From Mycobacteriales bacterium (GTDB lineage Bacteria > Actinomycetota > Actinomycetes > Mycobacteriales > CADCTP01), in contig DASYKU010000027.1 in NCBI GenBank assembly GCA_035995165.1, forward strand, positions 37,733-101,732: a stretch of 64,000 nt of DNA, given 5' to 3'. Both the position numbers and the translations under genes were made by a program. The notes under the pieces were generated by a model. That model made no database searches. It was not told the origin of the DNA and saw only the letters and a list, made by a program, of their open reading frames with translations. This document shows positions 17,753 through 27,033 of this stretch, piece after piece; position 1 is the stretch's first letter; each line of letters begins with the position of its first letter.

Positions 17753-20700
17753 CTACTTCCCGGTGCCGGTCAACGCGGCCTGCACCGTGGTCGGGACGGT
17801 GGTCAGGTCACCGGTGACGACGAGGCTGGCGGAGTACGCCTGGACCAGCGTCGGCCGGAACGTGACCGTGAGGTTGCAACTGCGGTTGGCCGCCAGCGAG
17901 GTCCCGAGGCACCCGGCACCGGTGACGGTGAACGCCGCGGCGTTCGTCCCGGTGATGGAGGCCGCGGAGACCTGTCCGACGATCGTGCCGACGTTCTTGA
18001 CCGACACGGTCAGGGACTTCGTGGCGTTCCGGTTGACCGTGCTGAAGGCGACCGGGCTCGGGGTCAGCGTGAACGACGACCCCAGCCCGTTCGCGGTCAG
18101 CGAGACGGTCGTGCTCCCGGTGCCCGCGTTGTGCGGGATCACCAGGCTCCCGGTCTGGGAACCCAGCGCCGTCGGCGCGTACTTCACCGAGATGCTGCAC
18201 GTCGCGTTCGGTGCGATCGCGACGGTGCAGGTGTTGGCGGTGATCGAGTAACCCGACGCGCCCGTCCCGGTGAGGGTCGGGTTCCCGACCACCAGCGGAG
18301 CGGTTCCGGTGTTCTTCACCGTCGTCGAGAGCGTCACCGGCTGTCCGGACGCGACGCTGCCGTACGCGAGCACGCCCGGGGTCACGGTGGCGGCCGGAGC
18401 CGCCGCCTGGTCGGCGATACCCGTCAGCGCGACCAACGTCGCGGGACCGGTACCGGTTGGGGTGATCCGCAACGAGGCGGTCTTCGTCCCGGCTGCTGCC
18501 GGGGCGAAGGCGACGGTCACCGTACAGGTGCCGTCGACGGCGACCGTGGCGCCGGCGCAGGTGCCGCCGGTGACCCGGAAGTCGCCACTGTTGACGCCCG
18601 CCAGCGCAACACTGGCGATCGTCGTGGGCACGGCCGCGACGTTGGTGAACGTCACGATCCGGTTGCCGCTGGTCTGACCCGCCGGCTGGTGTCCGAAGTC
18701 GACGGAGCTGACGTCGGACTGCAGCGGCCCGGCCAGCTTGCCGGAGACAGTGAACGTGTCGGTCGAACCCACGAGGTTGCCGGCCGTGTCGAACACCGAG
18801 AACTTGTCGGTCGGCTGGCTCTCGCCGGCGGCGACGTACGTGCCGCCGACGACCTTGTGGAACGCCCGGGCGTCGCCCAGGTAGTTGTCCGGCGCCGCGC
18901 TCTCCGCCGGATCCCAACGCAGGTAGCTCAGCGCGTCGGTGTCACCGTTCGGCTTGACGCCGTTGGTGGTGGCGTCCGGCAGCAGCGCCTGGGAGAAGTC
19001 GCACGTGGCAGGTGCGACCGGGGCGCAGCCGGTGTCGACGGTGCCGCCCGAGACCACGTCGGCGTTGCGGGTGATGGCACCCGCGGCGTTGGTGGTCCGG
19101 GTGAGCGTGCCGTACGGGGTCTGGAAGGTGTACGGCGTGTTCGGGCAGAGACCGCTGGTCACGAACACCCGCATGCGGGTGAAGGTGATCTGGTCCCCGT
19201 CGACCGGCCCGGCGTTCGCGAACGCGCCCTCGAGCGACATCCGCACGGCGGCCGTGCCGGGCGCGGTGCCGCCGCATCCCGGCGTGCCCACGGCCTGCGA
19301 GTCGACGACCTGGTAGAACCACTCGCCCGGGTAGTTGCCCGGGAAGCTGAGCGGCTCGTCCGGGTTGTAGAACTCGTCACCGAGCACCACGCAGTTCGGG
19401 TCGGTGATGTCCAGGCAGGGCTCGATCCGGGCGCCGGTCGAGTCCTGGTAGTACTTCGGGAAGTGGTCGCTGTCGCGGACGGTCGGCGAGACGGCCGGGT
19501 TCGCGTTCGACCCGATGCCGGTCAGCGCCAGCGTGTGCCGGCCGCCCGGTGCGTTGTCGACCACCTGGAGTCCGGCGGAGAAGTTCCCCGCCGAGGTCGG
19601 GCTGAACGCCAGGTCGACCTGGCAGCTCGCTCCGGGCGCCACGTTGGCCGTGGTGCACCGGTCGGCGACGATTCCGAACTGGGCGGCGCCGGTCCCGGTC
19701 AGCGACAGCGCCTGCACGTCCAGCGGCAGGGTGCCGCCGGCGTTGGAGATGCTGACCGTCCAGATCTTGCTGGTGGTGCCCAGGTGCTGCGGCACGAACG
19801 CGGCCGACCGCGGGTTGAAGCTGATCGCCGCGGTGGTACCGGCCGCACCGCCGGTGCCCACGAGCGGCACCGAGAACGGGTTGTTCAGGCCGGTGTGGTT
19901 GACGACCAGGCTGGCTGTTCGGTCACCGGTCGCCGTGGGTGTGAAGCTGAGCTGGATCGCACAGCTCGCCCCCGGCGCCAGCGTGGTGCCGGCGCAGGCG
20001 GTCGTGGTCGCGGTGAAGTCGGCCGCGTCCACGCCCGTCACGGCCAGCGTGTTGATCGTGAGCGGCGCGATGCCCGTGTTCTTCAGGTTCATCGTCGTGG
20101 TCGGCGAGGTGTTGCCGAGCGCGACGACGCCGAGGTCACCCGTGGCCGGGTCGGCCTCGAGCGGGCCCTTCAGCTTGCCGATGACGCTGAACACGTTGGT
20201 CTTGCCGACCTGGGTGCCGGACGCGTCGTTGATCTGGAAGTAGTTCGCCGGCGTGATGCCGTCCGGCGAGTACGGAGCGCCGATGACCTTGTGCAAGGTC
20301 ACGCCGTCACCGATGTAGCCGGCCGGGGCGGCCGGGGCCACCGCCGGGTCCCAGCGCAGGAAGCTCGCCGCGATCCGGCTCTGCAGCGCGATCGTGAAGT
20401 CGCAGGTGTCCGGGACCACGGGGGTGCAGCCGACGTCGTCGGTGCCGCGGTTGCGGGCGATGCTGCCCTGGTCGTTCGTGACCAGCGTGGTGGTGCCGTA
20501 CGGGCCGACGAAGTCGTAGCTCGTGTCCGGGCACAGTCCACCTTGGACACTGATCCGGACGCGGCCGAAGGTGATCTGCTCGGTCGGGGTCGGCGCGTCA
20601 GCGATGAACGCGCCTTCCAGGCCGAGGATCATCTTGGCGCGGCCGGCCGGACCGCCGTTGCAGCCGGGCGTGATGATGTTGTCCGACACGCCGCTCTGGT

Positions 20701-22390
20701 AGAAGAACTCACCCGGGAAGTTGGTCGGGAAGACCTCCGGGTTCACGCCGTCGAAGAACTCGTCCGGCGCGATCGCGCAGTTGGCGTCCTTGAAGTCATT
20801 GCACTGCGCGAGGGTGACCCCGTTCTCGTCGCGATACCACTGCGGGAAGCCGTCGGCCGCGTCGACCGGGCCGACCGCCGCGACGCCGCCGGTGCCGTTG
20901 CCGGTCACCGGGATCGAGTCGGGCGAGCTGGCCGAGTTCGACGCCAGGATGATCGACGTCGGGTGCTGACCGGTCGTCAACGGGACGAACACCACCCGCA
21001 ACGTGCAGGTGCCACCGACCGGCACCGTGGCCCCGGTCGCGCAGGTGTTCGCCAGGATCACGTAGTTGGAGCTCTCGGTGGTGTTCGGGTCCAGCACCGC
21101 GCTGGTGACGCCCAGCGGGGCGGTGCCGGTGTTGGTGATCGTGACGACCTTCTCCGGGCTCTGGGTCCGGACCCGCACGTCACCGAAGGCGACCGACGCG
21201 GTGGTCTTGGTCAGGATCGGCGCGGCACCCACGTTCGTGCCGGTGCCGGTGAGGGCGACCCGCAGCGGCGAGTGCACCCCGCCCGTGGACGCCAGGTCCA
21301 GCGAGGCTGTTCGGGCCCCGGCTGGTGCGAGTGGACTGAACCGGACGCCGACCGTACAGGTCTGGTCCCGGGTCAGGACCTGGCCGGAGCAGAGGTCGGC
21401 CCCGGGAACGACGGAGAACTGGGCCGCGTCGGTGCCGCTGATCGCGGCCGGCGAGACGGTGACCGCGTTCTTGTCCAGGTTGCTGACCGTGACGGTCCTG
21501 GTCGCGCTGGTGCTGCCGACACCGACGCCGCCGAAGTCGACGGAGGCGGGGTTGGAGACCAGCGAGCCGGCCAGCTTGCCGGACACGGTGAACTGGTTGG
21601 TGGTCATGCCCAGGTCGTTGCCGGCGCTGTCCAGGATGGCGAAGTCGTTGCCGACGGTGCCGCCGGTGATCGCGTGCGGCGTGGCGCCGTCACCGAGGTA
21701 GCCGGCCGGAGCGCCGGTGTCCCAGCGCAGGAAGCCGTTCTGGGCGTTGCCCATGATCCGGCTCGCGTTGGCCAGTGAGAAGTCGCACCGGGCCGGCGGG
21801 ACCACCGAGACGCAACCGATGTCCTGGGTGCCGATGTTCGGCACCACCGCGCCGGCCGCGTCGGTCGTGAACGTCTCGGTCCCGAACGGGTGCCGGAACT
21901 GGTACGTCGTGTCCGGGCAGAGGCCGCTGGTCACGCGGACCCGGATCCGGCCGAAGGTGATCTGCTCGCCGGCCACCGCCGGGCCGTTGACGAAGGCGCC
22001 CTCCAAGTCGAGGGTCACCAGCGCCCGGCCCGGAGCCGTCCCGGCACAACCCGGGGTGGGCACGTTCGCGGAGTCGGCCGAGGCGTAGAAGAACTCGTCC
22101 GGGAAGTTGGTCGGGAAGCTGACCGGCAGATTGGGGTCGAAGTCCGCGGCTGCCGGCAGCACGCAGTTCGCATCGTTGGGGTCGAGACAAGGCGCGACGC
22201 GGTTGCCTGCCGAGTCCTGGTACCAGCTCGGAAATCCGGTGGACGGGTCGACGGTGCTGGAGACCGCGCCGGCCGCGCTGGCGACGCCGGGAGCGGCGAA
22301 GGCGAGGCCCACGGCTCCTGACAGTGCGACCGCCAACGCCGCCAAGGCCGCGACGGGCCTCGGCAGTCGTGATCGGGTTCTCAATGACAT
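17753..22390 (-). CDS. 1,545-aa secreted protein: three copies of an uncharacterised six-Cys module, each followed by choice-of-anchor-D-like Ig-fold domains (seven in total)
   Basis: The Sec signal is MSLRTRSRLPRPVAALAALAVALSGAVGLAFAAPGVASA, and AGGGGG lies 9 nt upstream of the ATG. Repeated modules span aa 45-275, 505-743 and 968-1222. Domains of the type VDFGxVxVGxxSxxxxVTVxNxGxxPLxV...C...C.V.V.F.P...G match choice-of-anchor D. There is no C-terminal sorting signal. Confidence 0.85.
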   Translation of the reverse strand: MSLRTRSRLPRPVAALAALAVALSGAVGLAFAAPGVASAAGAVSSTVDPSTGFPSWYQDSAGNRVAPCLDPNDANCVLPAAADFDPNLPVSFPTNFPDEFFYASADSANVPTPGCAGTAPGRALVTLDLEGAFVNGPAVAGEQITFGRIRVRVTSGLCPDTTYQFRHPFGTETFTTDAAGAVVPNIGTQDIGCVSVVPPARCDFSLANASRIMGNAQNGFLRWDTGAPAGYLGDGATPHAITGGTVGNDFAILDSAGNDLGMTTNQFTVSGKLAGSLVSNPASVDFGGVGVGSTSATRTVTVSNLDKNAVTVSPAAISGTDAAQFSVVPGADLCSGQVLTRDQTCTVGVRFSPLAPAGARTASLDLASTGGVHSPLRVALTGTGTNVGAAPILTKTTASVAFGDVRVRTQSPEKVVTITNTGTAPLGVTSAVLDPNTTESSNYVILANTCATGATVPVGGTCTLRVVFVPLTTGQHPTSIILASNSASSPDSIPVTGNGTGGVAAVGPVDAADGFPQWYRDENGVTLAQCNDFKDANCAIAPDEFFDGVNPEVFPTNFPGEFFYQSGVSDNIITPGCNGGPAGRAKMILGLEGAFIADAPTPTEQITFGRVRISVQGGLCPDTSYDFVGPYGTTTLVTNDQGSIARNRGTDDVGCTPVVPDTCDFTIALQSRIAASFLRWDPAVAPAAPAGYIGDGVTLHKVIGAPYSPDGITPANYFQINDASGTQVGKTNVFSVIGKLKGPLEADPATGDLGVVALGNTSPTTTMNLKNTGIAPLTINTLAVTGVDAADFTATTTACAGTTLAPGASCAIQLSFTPTATGDRTASLVVNHTGLNNPFSVPLVGTGGAAGTTAAISFNPRSAAFVPQHLGTTSKIWTVSISNAGGTLPLDVQALSLTGTGAAQFGIVADRCTTANVAPGASCQVDLAFSPTSAGNFSAGLQVVDNAPGGRHTLALTGIGSNANPAVSPTVRDSDHFPKYYQDSTGARIEPCLDITDPNCVVLGDEFYNPDEPLSFPGNYPGEWFYQVVDSQAVGTPGCGGTAPGTAAVRMSLEGAFANAGPVDGDQITFTRMRVFVTSGLCPNTPYTFQTPYGTLTRTTNAAGAITRNADVVSGGTVDTGCAPVAPATCDFSQALLPDATTNGVKPNGDTDALSYLRWDPAESAAPDNYLGDARAFHKVVGGTYVAAGESQPTDKFSVFDTAGNLVGSTDTFTVSGKLAGPLQSDVSSVDFGHQPAGQTSGNRIVTFTNVAAVPTTIASVALAGVNSGDFRVTGGTCAGATVAVDGTCTVTVAFAPAAAGTKTASLRITPTGTGPATLVALTGIADQAAAPAATVTPGVLAYGSVASGQPVTLSTTVKNTGTAPLVVGNPTLTGTGASGYSITANTCTVAIAPNATCSISVKYAPTALGSQTGSLVIPHNAGTGSTTVSLTANGLGSSFTLTPSPVAFSTVNRNATKSLTVSVKNVGTIVGQVSAASITGTNAAAFTVTGAGCLGTSLAANRSCNLTVTFRPTLVQAYSASLVVTGDLTTVPTTVQAALTGTGK

Positions 22391-22658
22391 CGGTGATGCC
22401 CCCTAGGCATGCCTTCGGCCCAGTGCCGACGACCTGATCAGACTCGAAAAAACCGGCCGGTTCCGGTAAGCCGAGGGGTGGGGGTTGACGATCCCCAATC
22501 CAGGGGGGCCAGTGGAGTAGTACCTTCTGATCCGTTCGGCACGGCCAGCGCGTAGTCATGACCAATAACGCCATCCCACCGCGACAGATCCGCATCAGGA
22601 TGTAAGGCTGTGAACGGTGGCAAGACGGGTCACCCAAGTGGGGTGTCGGGGGGAGAGC

Positions 22659-23330
22659 GTGGAGCCGGTTACGAAGGTCGTCATCGTCGATGATCATCAG
22701 ACGCTGGTCGATCTGCTCCGACTGGCGTTGAGCGCGGAGACCGACATCGACGTCGTCGGCACCGCGGGCACGGCGTCGGAGGGGTTGCGGCTTGTCGACG
22801 ACACCAGGCCGGACCTGGTGTTGATGGACTTCGGGCTGCCCGATTCCGACGGCGTGACCACGGCGGCCGAGGTGCTGGTACGGCAGCCGACGACCCGTGT
22901 CGTGATGCTCACGGCGACCCATGACGGGTCGCTGATCAGCCGGGCCGCGGCGGCCGGCGTGTGCGGGTTCGTGGCGAAGACGGGGGCCTTCGGAGAAGTG
23001 CTGTCCGCGATCCGTACGGCCCGGACCGGGTCCATGGTCATCGACCCCACGGTGCTCGCCCGGCTGGTCCCGTCCCAGCGCAGGAACTCCGAGGATGACA
23101 GCGACCGGATGGTCGCGCCGCTGCTCACCCCACGGGAGCAGGAGGTGCTCGGCCTTCTCGGAGCCGGGATGGACGCCCGGGCCATCGCGCGGACGCTGTC
23201 GATCTCCCTTCACACCTGCCGGGGCTACGTGAAGAGCGTCCTGGCCAAGCTCGACTGCCACTCCCAGCTGGAGGCCGTCGTGGCGGCCGGCCGGTTGGGG
23301 CTGCTGCCCCCACCGGTGGAGCGGCGTTGA
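22659..23330 (+). CDS. NarL/LuxR-family response regulator, 223 aa
   Basis: GTG at 22659 follows GGGGGGAG. The receiver is KVVIVDDHQTLVDLL...PDLVLMDFGLPDSDG and the C-terminal HTH is LTPREQEVLGLLGAGMDARAIARTLSISLHTCRGYVKSVLAKL. Confidence 0.85.
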   Translation: MEPVTKVVIVDDHQTLVDLLRLALSAETDIDVVGTAGTASEGLRLVDDTRPDLVLMDFGLPDSDGVTTAAEVLVRQPTTRVVMLTATHDGSLISRAAAAGVCGFVAKTGAFGEVLSAIRTARTGSMVIDPTVLARLVPSQRRNSEDDSDRMVAPLLTPREQEVLGLLGAGMDARAIARTLSISLHTCRGYVKSVLAKLDCHSQLEAVVAAGRLGLLPPPVERR

Positions 23331-24721
23331 CTTTCTGGTCGCCGCGCGACCGCCGGCTGTCCGTCGTCGCCCGCGCGCTCGTGCAGCACGCGGTCGTCAG
23401 CATCATGGCGCTGGTGGTGGTCGGCGCGACCGCGGCGATCATCTGCGTCCGGGTGGTGCAGAGCCAGGCGCTGCGCCAGGCCGAGGGCGGCGGCGAGGTC
23501 GTGGCCACCCGGGTCGTCGCGCCGCTGATCAACCAGGGCGTGTACGACGGGGACACCGACGACCTGACCGCGCTCGACGACCGGGTCCGGATCCGCAAGT
23601 CGGGCAGCACGATCCAGCGGGTCAAGGTCTGGTCGGCCGAGGGCGTCATCCTCTACTGCGACGACCCACGGTTGATCGGCCAGCGCTACCCGCTGGAGCC
23701 CGAGGACAAGGCGGTCCTCGACGCCGGCGGCGTCGCCTCCGACGTCTCGGACCTGAGCAAGTCCGAGAACGTGCTGGACCAGAGCTTCGGCGAGAGCCTC
23801 GAGGTCTACGTCGGCACGAGGGACACCGAGGGCCGGCCGATCCTGGTCGAGACGTACTTCACCGCGGACCGATTGCACGCCGACGAGGCCGCCCTGATCC
23901 GCCGGATCATCCCGGTGGTGCTGACCGCGCTGCTGGTGCTGGGGCTGCTCCTGGTCCCGCTGGCGTACTCGCTGGCCCGCCGGGTGGCCCGGTACGAGCG
24001 GGAGCGGCAGGCGATGATCCGGCTGGCGGTCGAGGCGTCCTCGGCCGAGCGGCGCCGGGTCGCCGGGGAGTTGCACGACGGGGTGATCCAGGACCTCGCG
24101 GGGGTGGGCTATGCCCTGACCGCGCTGGACGCCCAGATCGCCGGACTCGGCAGCGGGCCCACGCCGGGGAGCGGCTCGCCCCCACCGATCGGCGCGCTGC
24201 GGGCGACCCTGCGCACGGCCCAGCGGCTGGTGCACGACGACGTCCTGGCGCTGCGCGAGCTGACCGGCATGCAGTACGCGGCCGACAGCGGCGCGGCCGA
24301 CCCCGCCGCCGCCCTTCGGGTCATCGCCGACGGCGTCCGCGAGGAGGGCACGCCGGTCGAGATGATCGTCGGCGAGCTGCCGACCCTGCCGGCCGCGCAC
24401 CGGGCCGCGCTGATCCGGGTCGGCCGCGAGGCCCTGCGCAACGCGGCCAAGCACGCCCCCGGCTCGAACGTGACGCTGGAGCTCGGCACCGAGGGTGAGT
24501 CCGCGGTGGTCACGGTCACCGACGACGGCCCGGGCTTCGACCCGACCGCGGCGCTCGGCCCGGTCGACGGCCACATCGGCCTGGCGCTGCTCACCGACGC
24601 CGCCGAGGGCGTGGGCGGGCTGCTGGACCTGCGCTCCCGTCCCGGCCACGGCACCACGGTCAGGCTGGCCGTGCCGATCCCGCGCACCGCGGCCGGCCCG
24701 AACGGCCGCACCACCGCCTGA
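23327..24721 (+). CDS. sensor histidine kinase (HisKA_3 type), 464 aa
   Basis: The TTG start overlaps the response-regulator stop (TTGA). The protein has two TM segments, the H-box ERRRVAGELHDGVIQDLAG and the ATPase motifs REALRNAAKHA and DDGPGF. Confidence 0.85.
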   Translation: MTFWSPRDRRLSVVARALVQHAVVSIMALVVVGATAAIICVRVVQSQALRQAEGGGEVVATRVVAPLINQGVYDGDTDDLTALDDRVRIRKSGSTIQRVKVWSAEGVILYCDDPRLIGQRYPLEPEDKAVLDAGGVASDVSDLSKSENVLDQSFGESLEVYVGTRDTEGRPILVETYFTADRLHADEAALIRRIIPVVLTALLVLGLLLVPLAYSLARRVARYERERQAMIRLAVEASSAERRRVAGELHDGVIQDLAGVGYALTALDAQIAGLGSGPTPGSGSPPPIGALRATLRTAQRLVHDDVLALRELTGMQYAADSGAADPAAALRVIADGVREEGTPVEMIVGELPTLPAAHRAALIRVGREALRNAAKHAPGSNVTLELGTEGESAVVTVTDDGPGFDPTAALGPVDGHIGLALLTDAAEGVGGLLDLRSRPGHGTTVRLAVPIPRTAAGPNGRTTA

Positions 24722-24899
24722 CCTGCCTTCTCCGCCCCTGCGACTCCGATGAGAGGCGTGCGTCCGGGCTGCAAGAAATGGACGACACGACGAAACTTGC
24801 CGTGTGTGCGTCGGAATATGGCGTCGCGATGTCTTGTGGAGTGACTTGCGCCACCCCTATGGTCACTTTGCCGAGACCGTGGAGAGAAACGAGCCCGCG

Positions 24900-26912
24900 A
24901 TGCGACGGAGCACCGGACCGGACGGACGACGGACGAGATGGGTCGCGGGCGCCGCGGCCGCGCTGACGGCCGGCGGGCTCGCGCTCGCGCCGGGCACCGC
25001 GGCGGCCCAGACGACCCCCGCGCCGGTGGTGACCAGGGCCGCGCTCGACCCGGCCCTGGTCGCCGGCCGCGGCGCTGCGGTGCCGTACACGGAGCAGGAG
25101 GCGGAGAACGCGGTCACCACCGGCACCCGCATCGGCCCCGGGCGGGACGCGTACACGCTGCCGGCCGAGGCCTCCGGGCGGACCGCCGTCCGCCTCGCCC
25201 CGGGCCAGTACGTCGAGTTCACGCTGCCCGGCGCCGCGAACGCGATCACGGTCCGGTACAGCATCCCGGACGCGCCCACCGGCGGCGGGATCACCGCCCC
25301 GCTGGCCGTCACCGGCAGCCACGGCCTGCGGACGTCGATGACGCTGACCTCGCAGTACGCCTGGCTCTACAACCAGTTCCCGTTCTCCAACGACCCGAAC
25401 GCGGGGCTGCTGCACCCGGAGCAGTTCATCACCGAGTGCCAGTGCGTGCCGCAGGACACCGTGCCGTTCCCGACGGTCAGCGTCCCGTTCCGGCCCAACC
25501 ACTTCTACGACGAGCAGCGGCTGCTGCTCGGGCGGACGCTGCGGGCCGGGGACACGATCCGGCTGACCGCGAGCGCCGGCGCCGCCTGGACCGTGCTCGA
25601 CCTGCTCGACTCCCAGCTGGTCGGGCTGCCGCACGTCCGGCTGGCCGCGGCCAACGTGCTGCTGTTCGGCGCCGACCCGAGCGGGCGGCGCGACTCCGCG
25701 CCCGCGTTCGACCGGGCGATCGCGTTCGCCCGGGCCCACCACCTGGTCGTCTACCTCCCGCCGGGCACGTTCCAGGTCAACCGGCACATCGTCGTCGACC
25801 ACGTGACCGTCGAGGGCGCCGGCAGCTGGTACACGATCGTCAAGGGCCACGAGATCGCGCTGAGCACGCCGGCCCCGGACGGCTCGGTGCACAGCGGCGT
25901 CGGCTTCTACGGCCGGTCCGCGGCCGAGGGCGGCAGCTCCGACGTACACCTGTCCGGCTTCGCGATCGAGGGCGACGTCCGCGAGCGCATCGACACCGAC
26001 CAGGTCAACGGCGTCGGCGGCGCGCTGAGCGACTCCACCGTGGACGGCCTCTACCTGCACCACACCAAGGTCGGGCTCTGGCTGGACGGGCCGATGACGA
26101 ACCTGCGGGTGACGGACAACGTCATCGCCGACCAGATCGCGGACGGGCTGAACTTCCACACCGGCGTGACCGACTCGCTCGTCGCGAACAATGTCGTCCG
26201 CAACACCGGCGACGACGGGCTGGCGATGTGGTCGGACCGGACCGAGGACGCGCGGGACACGTTCGACCACAACACCGTGCAGACGCCGGTCCTGGCGAAC
26301 GCGATCGCGCTCTACGGCGGCACCGACAACACGATCTCGGCCAACCTCGTCGCCGACCCGATCCGGGAGGGCAGCGGCATCCAGCTCGGGTCCCGGTTCG
26401 GTGCCGAGGCGTTCACCGGGCACGTCTGGGTCACCGACAACACGACCGTCCGGGCCGGGCCGTTCGAGCTGAACTGGAACATCGGCATGGGCGCGATCTG
26501 GATATTCGCGCTGGAGAAGAACATCGACGCCGACATCGAGGTCGTCGGCGACCATTTCCTCGACAACACGTACAACGCGATCATGCTGGTGAGCGATTTC
26601 CCGGTGAAGGACCTCGTCTCGATCACGAACGTGCATTTCCGGGACGTGCAGGTCGACGGGACCGGGACGTCGGTGGTTTCGGCCCGGGTGGCCGGCGGGG
26701 CGTCGTTCGAGAACGTGGACGCCCGCAACGTCGGCGCGGTCGGCATCAACAACTGCGGCTCGTTCCACTTCACCCCGGCCGGGTCCGAATTCACGGTCAC
26801 CGACCTCGGCGGGAACGACGGCGGCTGGCTGGCGCCGTTCGAGCTGCCGAACACGATCACCTGCGACGACCGGCCGCCGGTGGTGCCGCCGCCGCCGCCG
26901 TCCGCGTTCTGA
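24900..26912 (+). CDS. secreted glycoside hydrolase with an N-terminal beta-sandwich and a right-handed beta-helix (GH87-like alpha-1,3-glucanase/mycodextranase candidate), 670 aa
   Basis: ATG at 24900 gives a signal peptide ending APGTAAAQ. A CBM-like block (YTEQEAENA...GQYVEFTLPGAANAITVRYSIPD) is followed by parallel-beta-helix repeats (VTDNVIADQIADGLNFH, VANNVVRNTGDDGLAMW, NTISANLV). The family call is from memory only. Confidence 0.6.
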   Translation: MRRSTGPDGRRTRWVAGAAAALTAGGLALAPGTAAAQTTPAPVVTRAALDPALVAGRGAAVPYTEQEAENAVTTGTRIGPGRDAYTLPAEASGRTAVRLAPGQYVEFTLPGAANAITVRYSIPDAPTGGGITAPLAVTGSHGLRTSMTLTSQYAWLYNQFPFSNDPNAGLLHPEQFITECQCVPQDTVPFPTVSVPFRPNHFYDEQRLLLGRTLRAGDTIRLTASAGAAWTVLDLLDSQLVGLPHVRLAAANVLLFGADPSGRRDSAPAFDRAIAFARAHHLVVYLPPGTFQVNRHIVVDHVTVEGAGSWYTIVKGHEIALSTPAPDGSVHSGVGFYGRSAAEGGSSDVHLSGFAIEGDVRERIDTDQVNGVGGALSDSTVDGLYLHHTKVGLWLDGPMTNLRVTDNVIADQIADGLNFHTGVTDSLVANNVVRNTGDDGLAMWSDRTEDARDTFDHNTVQTPVLANAIALYGGTDNTISANLVADPIREGSGIQLGSRFGAEAFTGHVWVTDNTTVRAGPFELNWNIGMGAIWIFALEKNIDADIEVVGDHFLDNTYNAIMLVSDFPVKDLVSITNVHFRDVQVDGTGTSVVSARVAGGASFENVDARNVGAVGINNCGSFHFTPAGSEFTVTDLGGNDGGWLAPFELPNTITCDDRPPVVPPPPPSAF

Positions 26913-26916
26913 CCCC

Positions 26917-26953
26917 CACCGGCCGCCGTCCCCTCCCGGGCCGGCGGCCGGTG
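26917..26953 (+). terminator. hairpin 5 nt after the glycoside hydrolase stop
   Basis: The 12-bp perfect stem caccggccgccg / cggcggccggtg has a 13-nt loop and is followed by acgtttc. Confidence 0.45.
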
Positions 26954-27033
26954 ACGTTTCGACCGGGGCCGAAGGGTGCCAGGCGGAGCGTCGAAACGAT
27001 GACCACGACGGCGGAGACGTCGATCTCGCCGCG

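Noticed and set aside
18131-21778. A 1,215-aa plus-strand ORF antisense to the giant secreted-protein gene.
   Set aside because: The translation is an Arg/Gly/Asp-rich shadow. The minus-strand frame has a signal peptide and repeated, well-formed domains.
24660-26768. A 702-aa minus-strand ORF and the 732-aa plus-strand ORF 24938..27136, overlapping the glycoside hydrolase gene.
   Set aside because: Both have shadow-ORF composition. Only the frame of 24804..26912 gives a signal peptide plus beta-helix repeats.
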